A DNA stretch of 64,000 bases from assembly GCA_951813605.1 (NCBI GenBank), contig OX638379.1, positions 2,578,062 to 2,642,061 of the forward strand, written 5' to 3'. The position numbers and the translations under genes are program-made. Origin of the DNA: an uncultured Bryobacterales bacterium. GTDB taxonomy: Bacteria > Acidobacteriota > Terriglobia > Bryobacterales > UBA6623. This document shows, in pieces, positions 28,809-38,917 of this stretch (the stretch's first letter is position 1; each line of letters starts with the position of its first letter). Under the pieces are notes generated by a model, which was not told the DNA's origin, searched no databases, and saw only the letters and a list, made by a program, of their open reading frames with translations.

Positions 28809-30206
28809 ATGTCTGGCCTTACGAGACGCGGCTTCCTGGGAACGGTTGGGATCTCGGTGGGCGCGGCCTGCGATGCGACGGCGCAAGCGCCCAAGCCCAA
28901 TATCGTCATCATTTACACCGATGACCAAGGCACCCTGGACGCGGGCTGCTTCGGCTCGGGAGACATCCACACTCCGAACATCGACGCCCTAGCGAGGCGC
29001 GGGGTCCGGTTCACGCAATCGTACGCTCACACTGTCTGCTGCCCGTCGCGGTCCCAACTGCTCACCGGCCGCGTACCGCAGCGATCCGGCGTGACGAACT
29101 GGCTGTCCAACCGTCCTTCGGACGAGAGCGAACGCAATATGTACGTCAGCGAGGTCACGCTGGCGGAAGTGCTGCGTGACCACGGCTACCGAACCGGCTT
29201 GGCCGGGAAGTGGCACCTAGGGGCCAAGCCCGGGCACCAGCCTCTCGACCAAGGCTTTGACGAAGCCTACGGTCATCTCGGCGGGTTCATTGACAATTTC
29301 GAGCACAAGTTCTTGCACTCAAACCGAGGACGCCCGCCGTTCCATGACCTTTACCGAAACGGGAAGGAAGTCGACGAGACCGGACGGTACTTTCCGGATC
29401 TCGTCGTGCGCGAGGCGACGCGTTTCATCGTCGAGAACAAGGATCGCCCGTTCTTCCTCTACTGCGCATTCAACGTTCCTCATTACCCCGAACAGGCCGA
29501 TCCCAAGTTCGACAAGATGTACGACAGCATGCCGATGCCTCGCCGGTCATATGCCTCGATGATCACTACCACCGACGACCGAATCGGACAGGTGCTGCGC
29601 GCACTGGACCTGTGGGGCCTGCGCGACAACACGCTCGTGATTTTCATGAGTGACAACGGCCATTCCACGGAACAGTTCAGCAACTGGGAAGTCAACTACG
29701 GCGCAAACGGCGGCGGGGGCAACACCGGCAAGTGGCGAGGGGCCAAAGGGAGCCTGTTCGAGGGCGGCATCCGCGTGCCTTCGGTCATCAGCCTGCCCGG
29801 GCAGATTCCCGAAGGCGAGACGAGAGATCAAGCTATTTCGAACATGGACTTCTTCCCTACGATCCTCGAACTGTGCGGCATCGACCCTCCCGGATACGAG
29901 ATAGACGGCAAGAGCCTCTGGCCAATCCTTCGGTCACCGGAAGCGCCCTCGCAGCACCAGGAATTCCACTGGATGTGGCAGGACCAATGGGCGGTGCAAG
30001 AGGGTGACTGGAAGCTGATCGGCAACGGGCGCGACACGACCGGACTCGAATCAAAGCACGCGCCACGCAAGAAGATGGGCGAGCTGTATCTAGCGAATCT
30101 CGCTGATGTGCAGCCAGAGTCGGTGAACCACGCCGCGAGTCATCCCGAGGTCGTGGAGCGCCTCCAGGAGTTGCACGAGGACTGGCTTCGGGAGGTGACT
30201 CCGTAG
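28809..30206 (+). CDS. Sulfatase (formylglycine-dependent arylsulfatase family) with Tat signal
   Basis: MSGLTRRGFLGTVG is a twin-arginine signal. The protein carries IVIIYTDDQG and the sulfatase signature CCPSRSQLLTGR (C-x-P-S-R). It starts 10 nt after the CRTAC1-like gene. Confidence 0.85.
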   Translation: MSGLTRRGFLGTVGISVGAACDATAQAPKPNIVIIYTDDQGTLDAGCFGSGDIHTPNIDALARRGVRFTQSYAHTVCCPSRSQLLTGRVPQRSGVTNWLSNRPSDESERNMYVSEVTLAEVLRDHGYRTGLAGKWHLGAKPGHQPLDQGFDEAYGHLGGFIDNFEHKFLHSNRGRPPFHDLYRNGKEVDETGRYFPDLVVREATRFIVENKDRPFFLYCAFNVPHYPEQADPKFDKMYDSMPMPRRSYASMITTTDDRIGQVLRALDLWGLRDNTLVIFMSDNGHSTEQFSNWEVNYGANGGGGNTGKWRGAKGSLFEGGIRVPSVISLPGQIPEGETRDQAISNMDFFPTILELCGIDPPGYEIDGKSLWPILRSPEAPSQHQEFHWMWQDQWAVQEGDWKLIGNGRDTTGLESKHAPRKKMGELYLANLADVQPESVNHAASHPEVVERLQELHEDWLREVTP

Positions 30207-30663
30207 TTGCTAGGGTCCGCCAACAGGCAAGACCAAGGGCCGCTCTTGGCCTTGTCGCAGCCCGCTTGCCCCTGTGACTCCAGGGCGCAATGCCAGTAAG
30301 CGGTGGATTCCTCACACCTTCGAAGCGCGTTTGTGGCTTTGACCCCATCGCTCGGGCAGCGAGGCTGCACAGAGAGCTTGCCTCCCCTCGTGAGGCTTCG
30401 CAACACGACCGCAAATCGTATGAAGCATCGTGATTGCTCATTTTCCGGCTTCGGTGCCGGACTTCGAACGCTTCGCTCCACGTGCCGCGAGACAGTTCGG
30501 TTCATGGACGCAGCTGTCTCTCAGGAAACCCTCCAGGTCCGGCACAATTTGACACTGGCCAATTCGAAACCCCACGGTCCTCGCCCGCTTGCCCCCACCA
30601 GTCACCATTGGATCCATCTAGATCGAGATCGCATTTGGGCTTCATGAAGCTGCAACTGAACCG

Positions 30664-30921
30664 ATGCTCAAAGTCGTCATCTGGGAATTGAGGAATCGGT
30701 TGAGCGAGCATCTGCGGATGGTTCGTGGAGGCTGGGAGATTCTGATCACGGACCATTGCAAAGTCGTCGCGGAACCGCGCCAGCGCAAGAAGGTGTCCGT
30801 GATTGCGGCCTATCCCGCGCTGGTCCGCCACGCGCAAGCGGGCAAGGCGGGCTCAGGTGTGCCCAAGCGCCCCGAAACCTGTATGCGCGCGCGACCTTGT
30901 CGGCACCCGAACGTGGCGTAA
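30664..30921 (+). CDS. Phd/YefM-type antitoxin-like protein (C-terminal half atypical, possibly degenerate)
   Basis: The N-terminus MLKVVIWELRNRLSEHLRMVRGGWEILITDHCKVVAE matches the usual '..v.i.elrn.ls.yl..v..G.ei.IT..Gk.vA' antitoxin pattern recalled from memory. Confidence 0.4.
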   Translation: MLKVVIWELRNRLSEHLRMVRGGWEILITDHCKVVAEPRQRKKVSVIAAYPALVRHAQAGKAGSGVPKRPETCMRARPCRHPNVA

Positions 30922-30952
30922 AACGCCCGCCGGACGAGGACCGGGGCGAGGA

Positions 30953-31120
30953 GTGACCCTTTGTGCGCAATCAAGCGCTCGAGTGGCGTGGCTGCCAGGC
31001 GAGGTTCTCGGAGCCGATGTCCGAGAGAGCCTGGCTTCTGCGAACTTGCTCCTTGCCTCCGACCTGTCGCTGATCAAGTGCAACGGCGTGCTCCATCGCG
31101 CAGCAGCACTCTCCGCATAG
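30953..31120 (+). pseudogene. Truncated, degenerate PIN (VapC-like) toxin remnant
   Basis: From GTG 30953 the frame reads VTLCAQSSARVAWLPGEVLGADVRESLASANLLLASDLSLIKCNGVLHRA. This resembles the PIN N-terminus (yLDsSAlv.ll..E....v...l.....l..S.L...E) but lacks the first acidic residue and stops after about 55 codons. Confidence 0.3.
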
Positions 31121-31600
31121 CATGCCTGCGATCCGGACATTGAGCCTAGTCGCGCAGTCCATGTTCTAGCCATGCCCCATCAGGTCAGCGAATAGTTCGA
31201 GGCCGTTTTGAAAATGCCTGTTGGACACGGGAAGGAATCGACGCCGGAAGCACTCCGAGATCAGGTACATATCAGGACCGCCCCAACCGAGACATGGAGA
31301 CCGGGCGGACTGTAAATGGCAGCCGCCAGAAGTGGAATCACTCGATGCACGCTCGCAGCCACCTGTGGCATTGAGCGCCTCGAGGACTGGACGATGCATT
31401 GTGCGTAGAGCCCTAAGGCACTTTGACGTCCTAGCAACAGGTGCTCGAGTTAACTGCGTAGGAGCGGAAAATTGCGAAGATTTTTTGCAAAAAATTTGTC
31501 AACAAGTCAGCTAGAATTAAATTAAAATATTTATATTCAACAAGATGCGATACGAACATTTGCACTATTTCTTGCAATATTATCTGCAGCACCATTAACG

Positions 31601-31798
31601 ATGGCCGGATCGGCACAGTGCAGAATGCCGATTTCATGGATTGGATACAACTATGAGAGTGTCAGGAAGCGCCTGCTAGAGAGCTGCTCATGGCGCCATT
31701 GTGAGAAATGTCAGTCGATGGGCTCTCGCATCGACCTGTGGAAGCAAGATTCAACGATAGGGCGAGACTTCGAGCCCAGATGCTTACGACTCTGGTGA
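31601..31798 (+). pseudogene. Degenerate duplicate of the Fic gene 5' end (about the first 25 codons plus upstream region)
   Basis: MAGSAQCRMPISWIGYNYESVRKRLLE parallels MAGAIQYRLPTSWTRYDYERVKDGLLE of the Fic gene at 31971. The nucleotide alignment of 31565..31683 with 31935..32053 shows roughly three-quarters identity by eye. Downstream codons are unrelated. Confidence 0.45.
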
Positions 31799-31970
31799 AT
31801 CAGGCTTTGCTTGATCGCGCAAGTGAAATGATAGGCATTAATACGAATATTTTTTGCAGTAAAATCTTCTAGGAATTCGATGATAGTCACTCTAAACATT
31901 TTATTAACAATAAGATATAGATGATTAACAGAAAATATTTTTTGCTAAATTTTCTGCTATACTATTCGTG

Positions 31971-33191
31971 ATGGCCGGAGCCATACAGTACAGATTGCCG
32001 ACTTCGTGGACTCGATACGACTACGAGCGTGTCAAGGATGGGCTGCTAGAAGCAAAGGCATCCATCCGTGCGTTGCGGACGATCCCGTTTCAGCGCAGAT
32101 GGGCTAAGGATCTCCAGGAGATCGAACTCAAGCTGGAGGTGTCCGGTACATCCAAGATCGAGGGTGCCGAATTCGTAGGTAACGAATTGGATGAGGCGGT
32201 TCTCGCCACTAGACCTGAGGAGTTACGAACCCGCTCGCAGAAGCAAGCCAACGCTGCGTTGCGCACCTATCAATGGATCCGTAACATCCCCGATGACAAG
32301 CCGGTGACGAGCAACCTGATCCTGACCGTTCATCGCACCATCGTTACAGGGTGCGATGACGACCACTGCGCACCCGGAATCTTCAGGGCGGCCGACCAGA
32401 ACGTCACATTCGGTCTGCCTAGGCACCGCGGAATCCCGGGCGGCAAACAGTGCGCGGAAGCATTGGACCAGCTGGCAAGAGAGATATCGTCAAGGTTCAG
32501 AGACCACGACCCTCTTGTTCAGGCGATCGCGGTGCACTACCATCTCGCAGCAATGCACCCGTTTCTGGACGGCAATGGTCGAACGGCCCGCGCTCTTGAA
32601 GCCCTGATGATGCAGCGGGCTGGACTCAAGGACGTCCTGTTCATTCCGATGTCCAACTACTATCACGACAACAAGGACACCTACCTGAGAACTCTCGCAC
32701 AGGTTCGCCAAGAGGGCCACGACCTGACGCCGTTCCTCGAATTCGCTCTCCGTGGAGTCGAGGAACAGGCTTCGCGCCTCGCGGAAGCCCTGGGCCGTGC
32801 GGTTAGGAAGGAACTGTTCAGGAACTTTATCAGCGAATTATTCCTCACGCTAGAGAGCACGCGTAAGCGAGTGATTGTCAAACGCCAGTTAACGCTGCTC
32901 AACTACCTGCTGGACAAAGACGGCGGAGCGGAATTGCCACAGCTTCTGGCAAACATGAAGGATCAATACGCATCTCGGAAGAATCCCGTCGCAGCGATAG
33001 TGCGCGACATCAAGAGACTGATCGACCTAGGCGCAGTTGAGGTCAAGAGAATAGGCGACAATCGGAGGCCTTCGTTGCTAATTGGGGTGAAGCTCGATTG
33101 GCCCAGCACGCTTACGGATTCCGAGTTCTTCGAGCGCTTGAAAGAGCTTCCGAGGTCCAAGACTTACAAATTCCTTCGGCCCAGCAGGTGA
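31971..33191 (+). CDS. Fic/DOC (Fido) family protein with N-terminal inhibitory-helix motif and C-terminal winged-helix-like region
   Basis: The active-site motif HPFLDGNGRTARAL (HxFx[D/E]GNGRxxR) is present. The N-terminal TSKIEG matches the [S/T]xxxE[G/N] auto-inhibition motif. The gene and its upstream region are visibly AT-richer than the surroundings. Confidence 0.85.
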   Translation: MAGAIQYRLPTSWTRYDYERVKDGLLEAKASIRALRTIPFQRRWAKDLQEIELKLEVSGTSKIEGAEFVGNELDEAVLATRPEELRTRSQKQANAALRTYQWIRNIPDDKPVTSNLILTVHRTIVTGCDDDHCAPGIFRAADQNVTFGLPRHRGIPGGKQCAEALDQLAREISSRFRDHDPLVQAIAVHYHLAAMHPFLDGNGRTARALEALMMQRAGLKDVLFIPMSNYYHDNKDTYLRTLAQVRQEGHDLTPFLEFALRGVEEQASRLAEALGRAVRKELFRNFISELFLTLESTRKRVIVKRQLTLLNYLLDKDGGAELPQLLANMKDQYASRKNPVAAIVRDIKRLIDLGAVEVKRIGDNRRPSLLIGVKLDWPSTLTDSEFFERLKELPRSKTYKFLRPSR

Positions 33192-33457
33192 AGGGCGTCC
33201 CTGCCTGCCGTTTCAAGTTTGCACCGGTTACGACCAGCTCCGTCCATATCTCCCCCAAGGTGCGGTGGCTGGGATGAATGCCCGGGCCCGCGAGCTGGCA
33301 ACCAGGGCCCCGACCGCGCTTGGATCGATGCCGTTAGTTCCGGCCGTAGCGAGGCTGAGCTATGGAACGATCCGCTCCGGCGAGATGACGCAGGCAGCGG
33401 CTAGAATCCGACACCATCCGTACCAAGCTGACCAGCAAGGATCCACCTTATAGTTCG

Positions 33458-33473
33458 ATAATTGTAGAATTAT
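33458..33473. promoter_or_regulatory. Imperfect palindrome ATAATTGTAGAATTAT (6-4-6) just upstream of arsR-family gene; candidate operator
   Basis: ATAATT-N4-AATTAT lies 10 nt upstream of the ArsR-family start codon, within an AT-rich patch. Confidence 0.3.
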
Positions 33474-33482
33474 AGAATCGTG

Positions 33483-33776
33483 ATGCAGTCCAGATCGCCC
33501 TCAGACGACGTGGCCCGCTACGCCGACATGTTCACCGCTCTGGGCGCGGAGTCCCGTCTTCGCGTTCTTCGCTTGCTGCTGTCCGCACACCCGAACGGGT
33601 TGGTGGTCGGGGAAATCCAGAGGGATCTTGCTATCTCGCCTTCAACTCTCTCTCACCACTTGGAACGACTGAGGCACGAAAACCTCGTGACAGTCAAGCG
33701 CGAGAGCACCTTCCTGCGTTACACCGCAAACACAGATGCGCTGCAAGAGTTGCTGACGTTCCTAGTGTCGGAGTAA
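33483..33776 (+). CDS. ArsR/SmtB-family winged-helix transcriptional regulator
   Basis: FTALGAESRLRVLRLLLSAHPNGLVVGEIQRDLAISPSTLSHHLERLRHENLVTVKRESTFLRY carries the typical ArsR HTH (S.STLSHHL..L...GLV). Confidence 0.85.
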   Translation: MQSRSPSDDVARYADMFTALGAESRLRVLRLLLSAHPNGLVVGEIQRDLAISPSTLSHHLERLRHENLVTVKRESTFLRYTANTDALQELLTFLVSE

Positions 33777-33872
33777 TGCTCTCGCAGTAGCGCCGTCTGC
33801 CCCGATGTCGTGCTGGATATTTGCCAAGCCTGCTGACCGAACTTACGCTTCGAATTCGCCCCACCGCCGACT

Positions 33873-35452
33873 ATGTGCCCGCGCCGTCCTATGCCCGTCT
33901 CCAATCTGCGACCGGTCCGTGCAATCGCCCCGCTCGTCCCCCTCGTGGCTGCCGCCTCTGGTCAGGTCGCCGACCCGCGACAGGAGCTGACGCAACTTCA
34001 ACAGCAAATCGAGCGACAGCAACAGCAAGTCGAAGTGCTCCAAGCCGCGATCGACCGGCAAGCCGCAGTCGTGCGGGCGCTCGAGGCCCGGCTCAGCAGC
34101 GAGGCATCGGCTTCTTCGCAGGGCCGAACCGAGACCCCGCAGGAGGAGCCGCAGCCGGCGACCGTCGGAAACGACCGATTCTCGCTCAGGGCGGGAGGCT
34201 TCGTCGAAGCTACGGCGATGCTGCGCTCCCGCAACCAGAACGCCGACGTCGGCGAGACCTTCGGCAATGTCCCTCTCGACGGCACGGCCAACGCCGCCCT
34301 CAGCTCGTTTCGCATGAGCAGCCGGCATTCGCGCCTGTCGCTGCTCGCTAAGGCGCGGTCCGATCGCGTCACGGCGACCGGCTATTTCGAAGGAGACTTC
34401 CTTGGATCGTCCACCTCCGCCAACGAGGTGGAAAGCAACGACTTCCCGTTGCGCGTGCGACAGTTCTGGGGCGACTTGGAGTTCGGCAACGGGCTATCGT
34501 TCACCGCGGGGCAGACATGGACGCTCCTTACGACGCACCAAGACGGCCTGCGCCCGCTGCAAGGGTACTTGACTCTGGCTCTTAGCGCCCAGCACGTCGT
34601 TGGCTTCAACTGGGCCCGGCAAACCCGTTTTCGGATGACCAAGGACTTCGGCAACGGATTCTGGGCAGCCGTCGCGGTTGAGAATCCGGAAACCCACGTT
34701 GGCACAGTCGTGCTACCCGACGGCGTCTTCGGCCTGAGCGGCAGTCCGAACGCCCAGGTGCCGGCGGCCACCTTCGCGAGCAGTCTCAAGCCCGGAGCGA
34801 ACGGAATTTCCACGGATCTCGCCCCCGACTTTATCGGCAAGATTGTTTTCGAGCCTGGCTGGGGAACTACGAACTGAAGGGCATCGGTCGATCCTTCCGA
34901 GCGCGTTTCGACGGCCGGAACCGAACGGCATTCGGAGGAGGAGTGGGAACGGCCGCTCTACTTCCCCTGTCGAAGGAACTGGATTTGCTCCTCGAGGGCT
35001 TGGCCGGACGCGGTATCGGCAGATACGCGGCGGCGGTGGGCCCCGATGCCGCGATCACGCCCGATGGCTCCGTTCATCCGATCCGGGCGGCGCAAGCGAT
35101 TACCGGGTTCGATTGGAAGCCGACGCCTGCACTACAGGTCTACAGCTACTTCGGGCTCGAATGTTACGGCCGAACTGCGTTTCCGGGCAGCAACGTGGGG
35201 TACGGGGCTCCGGTAGTGGACCTCGCGAGCTGCCTCTCGTAGGCGGGCTTCCCTTGCCCGGGAGGAAACCGCTCGATCTGGCAAATCATGCCGGGAATCT
35301 GGTACAGCCTCGCGCAAGGGGACCAAGGCAGCGTGGCGCTCGGCCTTTCCTACATCCATACACGCCGCGCTCTCTGGTCGGGCCTCGAGAGCTTGCGCCC
35401 AAAAGGGCGAGAAAACTCGTTCGTAACGTCGATTCGGTACTGCCTCCCATAG
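33873..35452 (+). pseudogene. Outer-membrane porin (coiled-coil N-terminus + beta-barrel) disrupted by one frameshift and one in-frame TAG
   Basis: Three collinear pieces are seen. These are 33873..34877 (signal peptide, QELTQLQQQIERQQQQVEVLQ coiled coil, barrel strands), 34943-frame ...GNYELKGIGRSF...GYGAPVVDLASCLS*, and then NRSIWQIMPGIWYSLAQGDQGSVALGLSYIHTRR...ENSFVTSIRYCLP* ending at 35452. The frame switch is at the G-run 34861..34864. The in-frame TAG is at 35240..35242. Confidence 0.55.
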
Positions 35453-35540
35453 GGCCAGGCCAGATCAGCCTGCCTTAGACCGCGACTCGCCTGTCGCTGT
35501 TGCGCTCGCCTCGCGGCCGACAATAGGGCGAGGTTCATCG

Positions 35541-38423
35541 ATGCGTCTTCTTGACAGTCTTGTTGCGCGGACTTCCGCCATCCTTGGCTTGGCCCTTGTC
35601 ACCGGTCTCGCCCAAACACCTGAGCTGGCTCGGCCAGTCGGAACGGATTCCCCGGTCTCCGTCCGCCTGTTGTTTGGCCTCGACCGGTTTACGCCGCAAC
35701 GCTGGGACGGAGCGATGGAGGTCGGGTCCGGCGAGGTCCTGGGCTTGAGCGGCGTTCATTTCGAAGGACGCGACAAGATCGTGCATGGCGACGGCTGGCT
35801 GGTGTCCAATCGGGTCACGCGCTACGCCGACTCCACCACGCAGCGCGGCTACGATCCAGTCCACACGAGGCAGTTCGCCATGATCCCGAATGGCGTGGTA
35901 GGAACGCTGGCCGCCGAGGAAACCTCTGAAATCAGGGTGACTACGGAGCAGGGCTCGTTCGCCTTCCCGTTGCGCGAACTTGTGTTGGGGCGGCCCCTGA
36001 CTTTTCTGGGGGAGCTAGCCTCGGCCCAACGTATCCCCACCACTCTCGACCTTACCAGCGGGGACAATTACAACGATTACCCAGCTCTGGCAGCCGACGA
36101 AGGCGGCAATGTCTGGATGACATGGATCTCTTACAGGAATGAACGGGACTCGGTTTGGCTCGCGCGGAGCGATGGCCAGTCATGGGGCGAACCGATCCGA
36201 GTCACGCCGGATGCCTACTCCGACAGCTTCCGCACATCGGTAGAAGTCAGCGGAACCGGCAGTGTCGTCGTCGTTTGGTCTGGAAAATCCCCGCAAGGCG
36301 TCTGGGGCCTTCACTCGCGCACTTTGCGGCAAGGTGATCTGACGCAACCCGCGAGCATTGCAAGCCAAGGCGAGAATCTTTACCACCGAACAGTCGCCGA
36401 CAGTGCAGGCAACGTTCACGTGGTCTGGCAGGGATTCCGGGACCGTGTCTCCAGCATTCTTCACTCTCGATGGGACGGTTCGTCGTGGTCAGGCGAAACC
36501 GCCGTCTCGGACGCCATCACCGACAGTTGGGCACCTGCGGCCAGCGCGGACTCGAAGGGTAACGTCTGGGTCGGATGGGACGGCTACGCCTCGGGCGACT
36601 TCAACGTGTACGTCAGGCGGCTCCGTTCCAACGGCCGCTGGGAAGCGCCGCGCCAGATCACCCGTTCCGCCGGGTTTGACGCCAACGTCTCCCTGGCCTG
36701 CGACGCCACAGACAGAATCTGGATTGCCTGGGACCACGGGGAAGCCAACTGGGGCAAGGACTGGAGCAGCCAGCGCTTCAAGCCCGGGGGCGGAGCCGGC
36801 CTCTACCGAGTGCGCTCGGTCAAGGTCGCTGCGCTCGAGGGCAACCGGCTTCGTCAGGCGCCGGATCTGATGGAAGCGATTCCGGACCGATACAAGGATT
36901 ACGTGCAGCAGGCCCGCCTAGCGGTCGACGCCCGGGGACGGGTTTGGGCAATGGCCCGGTCGCTCACGAGCGTAACGAGCCGCGTGAACAACAACTGGGG
37001 AGCGGGCGGCATTTGGGAGATGCTGCTGACTAGACTCGACGGCAACGGCTGGCTGCCGGCTGTGAAGCTGCACGCCACCAACGGGCGCAATGACGTGTGG
37101 GCCTCGAGCGCGGTCGACTCGGAAGGAAAGGTCTGGTTCAGTTGGTCACGGGACGCGCGCCCGTTCGGTTCTCCCTCCAGAGCGGTGAATCGAGGCTCCC
37201 CGGCGGCGCGTGCGACGCACGTGTCGTACACGGTGATCGATCCGTCCCATCCAGCTTGGCAGGGCTCGGGAAAGCCTGTTTTGTCGGAATTCAAGGAACG
37301 CCGTGCGACCGCGTTGCCGGTTCATCCAAACGAGGAGCGGGACACGGCGAAGATCCGGGCGTATCGCTACGAGGTCGGAGGCAGGTCCTACAGGATTTTG
37401 CGCGGCGACCTACACCGGCACACTGACATCTCCGCCGACGGCATCGGCGAAGGCGGGCTGATCGATTTCTACCGCTACGCGCTGACCGCCGGAAATTTCG
37501 ACTTCATGATGGTGGGCGACCACCAGTATGGCGGGGACAACGTACCCGGCGTTGAATACAACTGGTGGCGGACGGAGAAATCGGAAGACATCTTCCATGT
37601 CCCAGGGCGGTTCTGGCCCCTCTACGGGACCGAGCGCAGCTTGCCCTACCCCAACGGGCACCGCAACACAGTGTTCGGCCGGCGCGGCATCCGCTGGATG
37701 CCGATCCAAGCCGGCGAACGGAATGGGGCCATCAACACGGGGGAGATCCTGTTCCCCTACCTGCGACGCAACGGGGGAATCTCAACACCGCACACGTCGG
37801 GCTCGGACCAGGGCACCGACTGGCGCGAGAGCGACCCGGAAATCGAGCCGGTCGTCGAGATCTACCAGAGCCTGCACGCATCATACGAATACCCCGGGGC
37901 ACCCCGAGCCGAAACCCGGGACAAGCGGTACTACCACCACGGAGAGCCGTGGCGCCCCGCGGGATTCGTGTGGGAAGCCTGGACGAAGGGCATCAAGATC
38001 GGAGTGCAGGCCAGTTCCGACCACGTGGGAACCCACGACTCGTATGCCTGCGTGCTCGTACCAGCGGACAAAACGACGACCCGCCAGGATCTGATCGACG
38101 CGATGAAGCGGCGGCACACCTACGCGGCGACCGACAACATTATCCTCGACATGCGGATCGGAGACGGCATCATGGGGGATGCATTCGAGACATCAAATCG
38201 GCCTGTCGTGCAAGCCAAGGTCATCGGAACCGCGCCGATCGAACGTGTCGTGCTGATAAAGAACAACGAAATCGTCTACACGATCACGCCGGATGCCAAG
38301 GAAGTCGACTTTGACTACCGTGACGATGCGGCCACGCGCGGCGAAAGCTACTACTACATCCGGGCCGAGCAATCGGACGGCTCTCTAGCTTGGGGCAGCC
38401 CAATCTGGGTGACCTACCGATGA
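35541..38423 (+). CDS. Secreted repeat (beta-propeller-like) protein with C-terminal PHP/CehA-McbA-like metallohydrolase domain; paralogue of 17117..20122
   Basis: A signal peptide is present (MRLLDSLVARTSAILGLALVTGLAQT). Repeats carry motifs such as VWMTWISY, VVVVWSGK, VHVVWQGF, VWVGWDGY and IWIAWDHG. The C-terminal half has ILRGDLHRHTDISADG...FMMVGDHQ...HTSGSDQGTDW...SSDHVGTH and ends AWGSPIWVTYR. It is collinear with the other paralogue. Confidence 0.7.
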   Translation: MRLLDSLVARTSAILGLALVTGLAQTPELARPVGTDSPVSVRLLFGLDRFTPQRWDGAMEVGSGEVLGLSGVHFEGRDKIVHGDGWLVSNRVTRYADSTTQRGYDPVHTRQFAMIPNGVVGTLAAEETSEIRVTTEQGSFAFPLRELVLGRPLTFLGELASAQRIPTTLDLTSGDNYNDYPALAADEGGNVWMTWISYRNERDSVWLARSDGQSWGEPIRVTPDAYSDSFRTSVEVSGTGSVVVVWSGKSPQGVWGLHSRTLRQGDLTQPASIASQGENLYHRTVADSAGNVHVVWQGFRDRVSSILHSRWDGSSWSGETAVSDAITDSWAPAASADSKGNVWVGWDGYASGDFNVYVRRLRSNGRWEAPRQITRSAGFDANVSLACDATDRIWIAWDHGEANWGKDWSSQRFKPGGGAGLYRVRSVKVAALEGNRLRQAPDLMEAIPDRYKDYVQQARLAVDARGRVWAMARSLTSVTSRVNNNWGAGGIWEMLLTRLDGNGWLPAVKLHATNGRNDVWASSAVDSEGKVWFSWSRDARPFGSPSRAVNRGSPAARATHVSYTVIDPSHPAWQGSGKPVLSEFKERRATALPVHPNEERDTAKIRAYRYEVGGRSYRILRGDLHRHTDISADGIGEGGLIDFYRYALTAGNFDFMMVGDHQYGGDNVPGVEYNWWRTEKSEDIFHVPGRFWPLYGTERSLPYPNGHRNTVFGRRGIRWMPIQAGERNGAINTGEILFPYLRRNGGISTPHTSGSDQGTDWRESDPEIEPVVEIYQSLHASYEYPGAPRAETRDKRYYHHGEPWRPAGFVWEAWTKGIKIGVQASSDHVGTHDSYACVLVPADKTTTRQDLIDAMKRRHTYAATDNIILDMRIGDGIMGDAFETSNRPVVQAKVIGTAPIERVVLIKNNEIVYTITPDAKEVDFDYRDDAATRGESYYYIRAEQSDGSLAWGSPIWVTYR

Positions 38424-38917
38424 AGCGGACAACGGCGTTGCAAAGTCACGCGGGATTGACGATCATCAAGCGCTAGAAGATCCTCCGGAGTAAAACTACG
38501 AAGCGGAAATCGGGCGCTTCGAACCGTCCGATCGATCGCCCGCAAGCTCGAGCGCAGGCCCTCTGCCTTGCAAGCGTTTCGGGCCGAGCCAGATCCCGGC
38601 GCGAGCGACGGTGACAAGGCGCGGCCGCTCTCGCGCGGCACGTAGTTCAGCGAAGATGTAGCTTGTACCCCTCGCGGATCCGATCAACCGCGTCTAGAGC
38701 CGCCCGGTCTCCTGGGGTGCGTCAGGCATCGTCGATGCGGCGAGGTGTATCCGGGCGGTATTCCTCCGGAGCCGGCCTACGGGAATTCAAGTCGGCGTAA
38801 ATTCAGTTCCAGCCGGCCCCCGTGGCTCGGCCATTCCCTCGGTGCACATCAAGTCCGAATCCGCCCCAGATGGCGAACGTGTCTCTTTCAGGATTGAGTG
38901 GCAGGGATCCGTCAAGA

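Noticed and set aside
30220-30260. Hairpin CAAGACCAAGG-GCCGCT-CTTGGCCTTG after the sulfatase gene as a terminator
   Set aside because: The stem has a mismatch and no U-tract follows, so it is not reported as a terminator.
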